Shown piece after piece: positions 53,601-64,000 of a stretch of DNA of 64,000 nt. The DNA lies in assembly GCF_910592395.1 (NCBI RefSeq), contig NC_088308.1:434001-498000 (forward strand), in the 5' to 3' direction. The DNA is from Lineus longissimus (lineage: Eukaryota). A program made the position numbers and the translations under genes. Each line of letters begins with the position of its first letter. Within the stretch, counting starts at the first letter, position 1. Below the pieces are notes generated by a model, which had not been told where the DNA came from, did no database searches, and worked only from the letters and a program-made list of their open reading frames with translations.

Positions 53601-56600
53601 AGATAGCAAGACAAGGAAGAAGAAAAAAAGGAAAAAAGAAATTCGGCAGATTCACCGGGGGTCGAACCCGTGACCAGCCGATCCAAAGTCAAACACCTTC
53701 AGCGCTGAACCGTCAAGGCTTTCATGTTGTAATGAAGATTTTATTTGCCTCTTATATGCGGTATGCAAACGAGCGCGCCACAATAGTGACAAGGTCGCGC
53801 AGGTGGCAAAGTGATTAGCCGAAATAGTTCCAAGTAATCGTATATTTCGATAGTTGTACAGATTTTTCTCAACATATCGTATGTATATACCTCAGTGATA
53901 TAAAATATTATCTTTGCAGTTGATTTAACGTTTGAATGACCTTTTTTAAAAAGTTTTTCAAAATCGAGGTCAGCAGGGTCACACAATCATTTATTGTTTT
54001 GAAAGACTCCGGCAGGGTCAAAAGAAACAGTTGTTGGCGCCGATGATGTCAGCAATATGGCGAATTTCCGCCCCACCCGTGAGATTTGCTCTCGTCACGT
54101 CATGAGCACATTGAACTGCTAATGAACCGTGCTCAATATGTAGCGGCTACCGCTCTCTCCATCATCATCAACTACGATATATGTCGGTGCCGGCCGTGCG
54201 AGGTTGTTTCAATGAAAAAGACGCACGCCACTGCCGTACCCGTACCTGAGAAAACTTGCCGTTTTAGGCAGATTTGCGATGATTGAAACAATACATCTAC
54301 CTCATAATTCATGTACTCGAACGCCCGGAATCAGTATGTGCTGGAGTTTGAAAAGTTTGGGTGCGGGGTATGATAATGATGATAATGAAAATGTTTACAT
54401 CTGTACATGGATGATTAGATAGCAAGACAAGGAAGAAGAAAAAAATGAAAAAAAAATTCGGCAGATTCACCGGGGGTCGAACCCGTGACCAGCCGATCCA
54501 AAGTCAAACACCTTCAGCGCTGAACCGTCAAGGCTTTCATGTTGTAATGAAGATTTTATTTGCCTCTTATATGCGGTATGCAAACGAGCGCGCCACAATA
54601 GTGACAAGGTCGCGCAGGTGGCAAAGTGATTAGCCGAAATAGTTCCAAGTAATCGTATATTTCGATAGTTGCACAGATTTTTCTCAACATATCGTATGTA
54701 TATACCTCAGTGATATAAAATATTATCTTTGCAGTTGATTTAACGTTTGAATGACCTTTTTTAAAAAGTTTTTCAAAATCGAGGTCAGCAGGGTCAGACA
54801 CAATCATTTATTGTTTTGAAAGACTCCGGCAGGGTCAAAAGAAACAGTTGTTGGCGCCGATGATGTCAGCAATATGGCGAATTTCCGCCCCACCCGTGAG
54901 ATTTGCTCTCGTCACGTCATGAGCACATTGAACTGCTAATGAACCGTGCTCAATATGTAGCGGCTACCGCTCTCTCCATCATCATCAACGACGATATATG
55001 TCGGTGCCGGCCGTGCGAGGTCGTTTCAATGAAAAAGACGCACGCCACTGCCGTACCCGTACCTGAGAAAACTTGCCGTTTCAGGCAGATTTGCGATGAT
55101 TGAAACAATACATCTACCTCATAATTCATGTACTCGAACGCCCGGAATCAGTATGTGCTGGAGTTTGAAAAGTTTGGATGCGGGGTATGATAATGATGAT
55201 AATGAAAATGTTTACATCTGTACATGGATGATTAGATAGCAAGACAAGGAAGAAGAAAAAAAGAAAATTTTTTTTTGGCAGATTCACCGGGGGTCGAACC
55301 CGTGACCAGCCGATCCAAAGTCAAACACCTTCAGCGCTGAACCGTCAAGGCTTTCATGTTGTAATGAAGATTTTATTTGCCTCTTATATGCGGTATGCAA
55401 ACGAGCGCGCCACAATAGTGACAAGGTCGCGCAGGTGGCAAAGTGATTAGCCGAAATAGTTCCAAGTAATCGTATATTTCGATAGTTGTACAGATTTTTC
55501 TCAACATATCGTATGTATATACCTCAGTGATATAAAATATTATCTTTGCAGTTGATTTAACGTTTGAATGACCTTTTTTAAAAAGTTTTTCAAAATCGAG
55601 GTCAGCAGGGTCAGACACAATCATTTATTGTTTTGAAAGACTCCGGCAGGGTCAAAAGGAACAGTTGTTGGCGCCGATGATGTCAGCAATATGGCGAATT
55701 TCCGCCCCACCCGTGAGATTTGCTCTCGTCACGTCATGAGCACATTGAACTGCTGGTGAACCGTGCAAAATATGTACCGGCTACCGCTCTCTCCATCATC
55801 ATCAACGACGATATATGTCGGTGCCGGCCGTGCGAGGTCGTTCAATGAAAAAGACGCACGCCACTGCCGTACCCGTACCTGAAAAAACTTGCCATTTTAG
55901 GCAGATATGCGATGATTGAAACAATACATCTACCTCATAATTCATGTACTCGAACGCCCGGAATCAGTACGTGCTCGAGTTTGAAAAGTTTGGGTGCGGG
56001 GTATGATAATGATGATAATGAAAATGTTTACATCTGCACATGGATGATTAGATAGCAAGACAAGGAAGAGGAAAAAAAAAAAAATTTTTTTGGCAGATTC
56101 ACCGGGGGTCGAACCCGTGACCAGCCGATCCAAAGTCAAACACCTTCAGCGCTGAACCGTCAAGGCTTTCATGTTGAAATGAAGATTTTATTTGCCTCTT
56201 ATATGCGGTATGCAAACGAGCGCGCCACAATAGTGACAAGGTCGCGCAGGTGGCAAAGTGATTAGCCGAAATAGTTCCGAGTAATCGTATATTTCGATAG
56301 TTGTACATATTTTTCTCAACATATCGTATGTATATACCTCAGTGATATAAAATATTATCTTTGCAGTTGATTTAACGTTTGAATGACCTTTTTTAAAAAG
56401 TTTTTCAAAATCGAGGTCAGCAGGGTCAGACACAATCATTTATTGTTTTGAAAAACTCCGGCAGGGTCAAAAGAAACAGTTGTTGGCGCCGATGATGTCA
56501 GCAATATGGCGAATTTCCGCCCCACCCGTGAGATTTGCTCTCGTCACATCATGAGCACATTGAACTGCTAATGAACCGTGCTCAATATGTACCGGCTACC

Positions 56601-59600
56601 GCTCTCTCCATCATCATCAACTACGATATATGTCGGTGCCGGCCGTGCGAGGTCGTTTCAATGAAAAAGACGCACGCCACTGCCGTACCCGTACCTGAGA
56701 AAACTTGCCGTTTCAGGCAGATTTGCGATGATTGAAACAATACATCTACCTCATAATTCATGTACTCGAACGCCCGGAATCAGTATGTGCTGGAGTTTGA
56801 AAAGTTTGGGTGCGAGGTATGATAATGATGATAATGAAAATGTTTACATCTGTACATGGATGATTAGATAGCAAGACAAGGAAGAAGAAAAAAAGAAAAT
56901 TTTTTTTTGGCAGATTCACCGGGGGTCGAACCCGTGACCAGCCGATCCAAAGTCAAACACCTTCAGCGCTGAACCGTCAAGGCTTTCATGTTGAAATGAA
57001 GATTTTATTTGCCTCTTATATGCGGTATGCAAACGAGCGCGCCACAATAGTGACAAGGTCGCGCAGGTGGCAAAGTGATTAGCCGAAATAGTTCCAAGTA
57101 ATCGTATATTTCGATAGTTGTACAGATTTTTCTCAACATATCGTATGTATATACCTCAGTGATATAAAATATTATCTTTGCAGTTGATTTAACGTTTGAA
57201 TGACCTTTTTTAAAAAGTTTTTCAAAATCGAGGTCAGCAGGGTCAGACACAATCATTTATTGTTTTGAAAGACTCCGGCAGGGTCAAAAGAAACAGTTGT
57301 TGGCGCCGATGATGTCAGCAATATGGCGAATTTCCGCCCCACCCGTGAGATTTGCTCTCGTCACGTCATGAGCACATTGAACTGCTAATGAACCGTGCTC
57401 AATATGTACCGGCTACCGCTCTCTCCATCATCATCAACTACGATATATGTCGGTGCCGGCCGTGCGAGGTTGTTTCAATGAAAAAGACGCACGCCACTGC
57501 CGTACCCGTACCTGAGAAAACTTGCCGTTTTAGGCAGATTTGCGATGATTGAAACAATACATCTACATCATAATTCATGTACTCGAACGCCCAGAATCAG
57601 TATGTGCTGGAGTTTGAAAAGTTTGGGTGCGGGGTATGATAATGATGATAATGAAAATGTTTACATCTGTACATGGATGATTAGATAGCAAGACAAGGAA
57701 GAGGAAAACAAGAAAAAAATTTTTTTTGCAGATTCACCGGGGGTCGAACCCGTGACCAGCCGATCCAAAGTCAAACACCTTCAGCGCTGAACCGTCAAGG
57801 CTTTCATGTTGAAATGAAGATTTTATTTGCCTCTTATATGCGGTATGCAAACGAGCGCGCCACAATAGTGACAAGGTCGCGCAGGAGGCAAAGTGATTAG
57901 CCGAAATAGTTCCAAGTAATCCTATATTTCGATAGTTGTACAGATTTTTCTCAACATATCGTATGTATATACCTCAGTGATATAAAATATTATCTTTGCA
58001 GTTGATTTAACGTTTGAATGACCTTTTTTAAAAAGTTTTTCAAAATCGAGGTCAGCAGGGTCAGACACAATCATTTATTGTTTTGAAAGACTCCGGCAGG
58101 GTCAAAAGAAACAGTTGTTGGCGCCGATGATGTCAGCAATATGGCGAATTTCCGCCCCACCCGTGAGATTTGCTCTCGTCACGTCATGAGCACATTGAAC
58201 TGCTAGTGAACCGTGCTCAATATGTACCGGCTACCGCTCTCTCCATCATCATCAACGACGATTATGTCGGTGCCGGCCGTGCGAGGTCGTTCAATGAAAA
58301 AGACGCACGCCACTGCCGTACCCGTACCTGAGAAAACTTGCCGTTTTAGGCAGATTTGCGATGATTGAAACAATACATCTACCTCATAATTCATGTACTC
58401 GAACGCCCGGAATCAGTATGTGCTGGAGTTTGAAAAGTTTGGGTGCGGGGTATGATAATGATGATAATGAAAATGTTTACATCTGTACATGGATGATTAG
58501 ATAGCAAGACAAGGAAGAAGAAAAAAAGAAAAAAAAAATCGGCAGATTCACCGGGGGTCGAACCCGTGACCAGCCGATCCAAAGTCAAACACCTTCAGCG
58601 CAGAACCGTCAAGGCTTTCATGTTGTAATGAAGATTTTATTTGCCTCTTATATGCGGTATGCAAACGAGCGCGCCACAATAGTGACAAGGTCGCGCAGGT
58701 GGCAAAGTGATTAGCCGAAATAGTTCCAAGTAATCGTATATTTCGATAGTTGTACAGATTTTTCTCAACATATCGTATGTATATACCTCAGTGATATAAA
58801 ATATTATCTTTGCAGTTGATTTAACGTTTGAATGACCTTTTTTAAAAATTTTTTCAAAATCGAGGTCAGCAGGGTCAGACTAAATCATTTATTGTTTTGA
58901 AAGACTCCGGCAGGGTCAAAAGAAACAGTTGTTGACGCCGATGATGTCAGCAATATGGCGAATTTCCGCCCCACCCGTGAGATTTGCTCTCGTCACGTCA
59001 TGAGCACATTGAACTGCTAGTGAACCGTGCTCAATATGTACCGGCTACCGCTCTCTCCATCATCATCAACGACGATATATGTCGGTGCCGGCCGTGCGAG
59101 GTCGTTTCAATGAAAAAGACGCACGCCACTGCCGTACCCGTACCTGAGAAAACTTGCCGTTTCAGGCAGATTTGCGATGATTGAAACAATACATCTACCT
59201 CATAATTCATGTACTCGAACGCCCGGAATCAGTATGCGCTGGAGTTTGAAAAGTTTGGATGCGGGGTATGATAATGATGATAATGAAAATGTTTACATCT
59301 GTACATGGATGATTAGATAGCAAGACAAGGAAGAAGAAAAAAAAAAAAAAATTCGGCAGATTCACCGGGAGTCGAACCCGTGACCAGCCGATCCAAAGTC
59401 AAACACCTTCAGCGCTGAACCGTCAAGGCTTTCATGTTGAAATGAAGATTTTATTTGCCTCTTATATGCGGTATGCAAACGAGCGCGCCACAATAGTGAC
59501 AAGGTCGCGCAGGTGGCAAAGTGATTAGCCGAAATAGTTCCAAGTAATCCTATATTTCGATAGTTGTACAGATTTTTCTCAACATATCGTATGTATATAC

Positions 59601-62600
59601 CTCAGTGATATAAAATATTATCTTTGCAGTTGATTTAACGTTTGAATGACCTTTTTTAAAAAGTTTTTCAAAATCGAGGTCAGCAGGGTCAGACACAATC
59701 ATTTATTGTTTTGAAAGACTCCGGCAGGGTCAAAAGAAACAGTTGTTGGCGCCGATGATGTCAGCAATATGGCGAATTTCCGCCCCACCCGTGAGATTTG
59801 CTCTCGTCACGTCATGAGCACATTGAACTGCTAGTGAACCGTGCTCAATATGTACCGGCTACCGCTCTCTCCATCATCATCAACGACGATTATGTCGGTG
59901 CCGGCCGTGCGAGGTCGTTCAATGAAAAAGACGCACGCCACTGCCGTACCCGTACCTGAGAAAACTTGCCGTTTTAGGCAGATTTGCGATGATTGAAACA
60001 ATACATCTACCTCATAATTCATGTACTCGAACGCCCGGAATCAGTATGTGCTGGAGTTTGAAAAGTTTGGGTGCGGGGTATGATAATGATGATAATGAAA
60101 ATGTTTACATCTGTACATGGATGATTAGATAGCAAGACAAGGAAGAAGAAAAAAAGAAAAAAAAAATCGGCAGATTCACCGGGGGTCGAACCCGTGACCA
60201 GCCGATCCAAAGTCAAACACCTTCAGCGCAGAACCGTCAAGGCTTTCATGTTGTAATGAAGATTTTATTTGCCTCTTATATGCGGTATGCAAACGAGCGC
60301 GCCACAATAGTGACAAGGTCGCGCAGGTGGCAAAGTGATTAGCCGAAATAGTTCCAAGTAATCGTATATTTCGATAGTTGTACAGATTTTTCTCAACATA
60401 TCGTATGTATATACCTCAGTGATATAAAATATTATCTTTGCAGTTGATTTAACGTTTGAATGACCTTTTTTAAAAAATTTTTCAAAATCGAGGTCAGCAG
60501 GGTCAGACTAAATCATTTATTGTTTTGAAAGACTCCGGCAGGGTCAAAAGAAACAGTTGTTGACGCCGATGATGTCAGCAATATGGCGAATTTCCGCCCC
60601 ACCCGTGAGATTTGCTCTCGTCACGTCATGAGCACATTGAACTGCTAGTGAACCGTGCTCAATATGTACCGGCTACCGCTCTCTCCATCATCATCAACGA
60701 CGATATATGTCGGTGCTCCGTGCGAGGTCGTTTCAATGAAAAAGACGCACGCCACTGCCGTACCCGTACCTGAGAAAACTTGCCGTTTCAGGCAGATTTG
60801 CGATGATTGAAACAATACATCTACCTCATAATTCATGTACTCGAACGCCCGGAATCAGTATGCGCTGGAGTTTGAAAAGTTTGGATGCGGGGTATGATAA
60901 TGATGATAATGAAAATGTTTACATCTGTACATGGATGATTAGATAGCAAGACAAGGAAGAAGAAAAAAAAAAAAAAATTCGGCAGATTCACCGGGAGTCG
61001 AACCCGTGACCAGCCGATCCAAAGTCAAACACCTTCAGCGCTGAACCGTCAAGGCTTTCATGTTGAAATGAAGATTTTATTTGCCTCTTATATGCGGTAT
61101 GCAAACGAGCGCGCCACAATAGTGACAAGGTCGCGCAGGTGGCAAAGTGATTAGCCGAAATAGTTCCAAGTAATCGTATATTTCGATAGTTGTACAGATT
61201 TTTCTCAACATATCGTATGTATATACCTCAGTGATATAAAATATTATCTTTGCAGTTGATTTAACGTTTGAATGACCTTTTTTAAAAAGTTTTTCAAAAT
61301 CGAGGTCAGCAGGGTCAGACACAATCATTTATTGTTTTGAAAGACTCCGGCAGGGTCAAAAGAAACAGTTGTTGGCGCCGATGATGTCAGCAATATGGCG
61401 AATTTCCGCCCCACCCGTGAGATTTGCTCTCGTCACGTCATGAGCACATTGAACTGCTGGTGAACCGTGCTCAATATGTACCGGCTACCGCTCTCTCCAT
61501 CATCATCAACGACGATATATGTCGGTGCCGGCCGTGCGAGGTCGTTTCAATGAAAAAGACGCACGCCACTGCCGTACCCGTACCTGAGAAAACTTGCCGT
61601 TTCAGGCAGATTTGCGATGATTGAAACAATACATCTACCTCATAATTCATGTACTCGAACGCCCGGAATCAGTATGTGCTGGAGTTTGAAAAGTTTGGGT
61701 GCGGGGTATGATAATGATGATAATGAAAATGTTTACATCTGCACATGGATGATTAGATAGCAAGACAAGGAAGAAGAAAAAAAGAAAATAAAAATTCGGC
61801 AGATTCACCGGGGGTCGAACCCGTGACCAGCCGATCCAAAGTCAAACACCTTCAGCGCTGACCGTCAAGGCTTTCATGTTGAAATGAAGATTTTATTTGC
61901 CTCTTATATGCGGTATGCAAACGAGCGCGCCACAATAGTGACAAGGTCGCGCAGGTGGCAAAGTGATTAGCCGAAAAAGTTCCAAGTAATCGTATATTTC
62001 GATAGTTGTACAGATTTTTCTCAACATATCGTATGTATATACCTCAGTGATATAAAATATTATCTTTGCAGTTGATTTAACGTTTGAATGACCTTTTTTA
62101 AAAAGTTTTTCAAAATCGAGGTCAGCAGGTCAGACACAATCATTTATTGTTTTGAAAGACTCCGGCAGGGTCAAAAGAAACAGTTGTTGGCGCCGATGAT
62201 GTCAGCAATATGGCGAATTTCCGCCCCACCCGTGAGATTTGCTCTCGTCAAGTCATGAGCACATTGAACTGCTAGTGAACCGTGCTCAATATGTACCGGC
62301 TACCGCTCTCTCCATCATCATCAACGACGATATATGTCGGTGCCGGCCGTGCGAGGTCGTTCAATGAAAAAGACGCACGCCACTGCCGTACCCGTACCTG
62401 AGAAAACTTGCCGTTTTAGGCAGATTTGCGATGATTGAAACAATACATCTACCTCATAATTCATGTACTCGAACGCCCGGAATCAGTATGTGCTGGAGTT
62501 TGAAAAGTTTGGGTGCGGGGTATGATAATGATGATAATGAAAATGTTTACATCTGTACATGGATGATTAGATAGCAAGACAAGGAAGAAGAAAAAAAGAA

Positions 62601-62851
62601 AAAAAAATTAGGCAGATTCACCGGGGGTCGAACCCGTGACCAGCCGATCCAAAGTCAAACACCTTCAGCGCTGAACCGTCAAGGCTTTCATGTTGAAATG
62701 AAGATTTTATTTGCCTCTTATATGCGGTATGCAAACGAGCGCGCCACAATAGTGACAAGGTCGCGCAGGTGGCAAAGTGATTAGCCGAAATAGTTCCAAG
62801 TAAACGTATATTTCGATAGTTGTACAGATTTTTCTCAACATATCGTATGTA
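50625..62851. repeat. Tandem array of 15 complete ~815-bp units (macrosatellite, probably transposon-derived)
   Basis: Unit starts at about 50625, 51439, 52255, 53070, 53887, 54703, 55520, 56335, 57152, 57970, 58784, 59598, 60413, 61224 and 62040. Units are nearly identical. Each runs TACCTCAG...ATCGTATGTA and is separated and flanked by TA. Confidence 0.97.
52015..52087 (-). pseudogene. tRNA-derived (Arg-like) pseudo-tRNA; representative of 15 copies, one per array unit (the unit-1 copy is at 51198-51270)
   Basis: Sequence GCCTTGACGGTTCAGCGCTGAAGGTGTTTGACTTTGGATCGGCTGGTCACGGGTTCGACCCCCGGTGAATCTG. It has an intact B box and a 4-bp T stem, an anticodon loop CTTTGGA and a downstream T-run. The acceptor and D stems do not pair properly. 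Confidence 0.75.
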
Positions 62852-63196
62852 TACTTCTCTTTCTATATCGCTCACAGTCAATTTCCTTATTTTTCATGAA
62901 TCGACCTAACTGCTTCTCGTCGTTAGCCTATCTTTAGATGTTTACACAGTATATGTTTATGGCCAAGAGTCGCCTTAGGCTCGACATGTTAACATGGTCA
63001 TTAATGGAAAGACAATCTTCATCTTCCAGTCAAATGATCTGAGACGGCAAGTGTCGACTAGAAAGCTTGATCACCTTCAACTGGGTGTTGCAAAGAGGGT
63101 TAACAGGGCCTACACTTTTACTTTTCTGTTGAACAACTGCTCATGCAGCATCTTAGTCCTACACGACCCCCCCCCCCCCCCCCCACACACACACAC

Positions 63197-63316
63197 TGGG
63201 TGATATGAATAAAGACTAGCAAATGCTTTTACTCCGGTTTTGTACAGAAAGGCCTAGTGTAAATGTACATGGAGATTTAGATAAAAGCATTTGCTAGTCT
63301 TTATTCATATCACCCA
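63197..63316. mobile_element. 120-bp hairpin MITE with a perfect 35-bp inverted repeat
   Basis: TGGGTGATATGAATAAAGACTAGCAAATGCTTTTA at 63197-63231 has its exact reverse complement at 63282-63316. The TSD is not clear. Confidence 0.8.
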
Positions 63317-64000
63317 TTGTCTACGACACCTTCCACTTCTCCAAAACTGGGAGCTTTATTGCCTAAATACTTAGTACACTGGAGCACATTATCTATGGCT
63401 GCCTTAATCTTGGCGAACGGATACTGTTTTTCTTTCAGATGAGTCCTTATCAATTAATAGTAATGGTACAATCAATTGGCGACAGGTTATGAAGGAAATA
63501 CTAATTGCAATGAGGTCATCTTCGCAAGTCATGAAAGAGAAAAGTTCCATGGTGTGACGTCAATTGAACTCTTTGCAGATGTGGATATACTAGTATGTCT
63601 AATGCTGTCTTGAGGCAACGTATTAACAGTGCCATTAACGGTCTGGGGAAGCGTACTTTCATGACATGTACTAATAGGAAAAGAAAACGTCGGCACCATT
63701 AGCTTTTCATTCCCAGAAATTGCAAATCAAACTGGGTACAGAACAAGTAGTGTCAGACACTATGCAGATAGACATCAATGCCTGCTGAACAATAAGGAGG
63801 GATTCTCAGAACATTCTTACAGATAACAACATTTAACTCATGTCGTCTATTAGATAGGACATCCGTTGAACAAAATTGACTTATTCGTCGAATGTGCTTG
63901 TTTCATTGGCTCAAAACGAATCTTGCCGACAGTGACGCCCAAAAAATAGATAACAATGCGAAATGAGTCAGGAAAAAGTATAGGACAAAAAATGGTAGCC

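Noticed and set aside
50625..62851. Repeated 65-83-aa ORFs in the array (MLSSRHEH..., MIVSDPAD...)
   Set aside because: They mostly have non-ATG starts, are frameshifted or interrupted in several units, and show no recognisable domain. They recur only because the DNA is repeated.
50625..62851. Functional tRNA-Gln(TTG) gene cluster, 5S/snRNA array, or hammerhead-ribozyme satellite
   Set aside because: The acceptor stem pairs at only about 4 of 7 positions and the D arm is broken. I saw no 5S or snRNA similarity and no CTGANGA hammerhead core on either strand.

Overview
This is eukaryotic, intron-rich invertebrate genomic DNA. The receptor sequence suggests a protostome, probably a lophotrochozoan, but that assignment is inference. 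Most of the window is non-coding, and most ORFs in the track are noise. The supported content is: (1) the first coding exon (TM1-TM5) of a leucokinin/lymnokinin-type neuropeptide GPCR on the minus strand (45612-44767). I could not find its TM6-TM7 exons in the window, which suggests an intron of 44 kb or more. (2) Two tandem three-exon genes on the plus strand (34619-35733 and 37104-38311), apparently nested in that intron. They encode secreted 128-aa and 144-aa single-VWC (SVWC)-like proteins with a 10-cysteine frame and opposite net charges. (3) A 12.2-kb array of exactly 15 head-to-tail ~815-bp units (50625-62851). It has clean TA-flanked ends, and each unit carries a tRNA-Arg-like Pol III cassette. 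(4) An intact 1.86-kb Foldback/MULE-type element with a 10-bp target-site duplication, plus several MITEs, SINE relics and minisatellites. All coordinates and alignments were read by eye.
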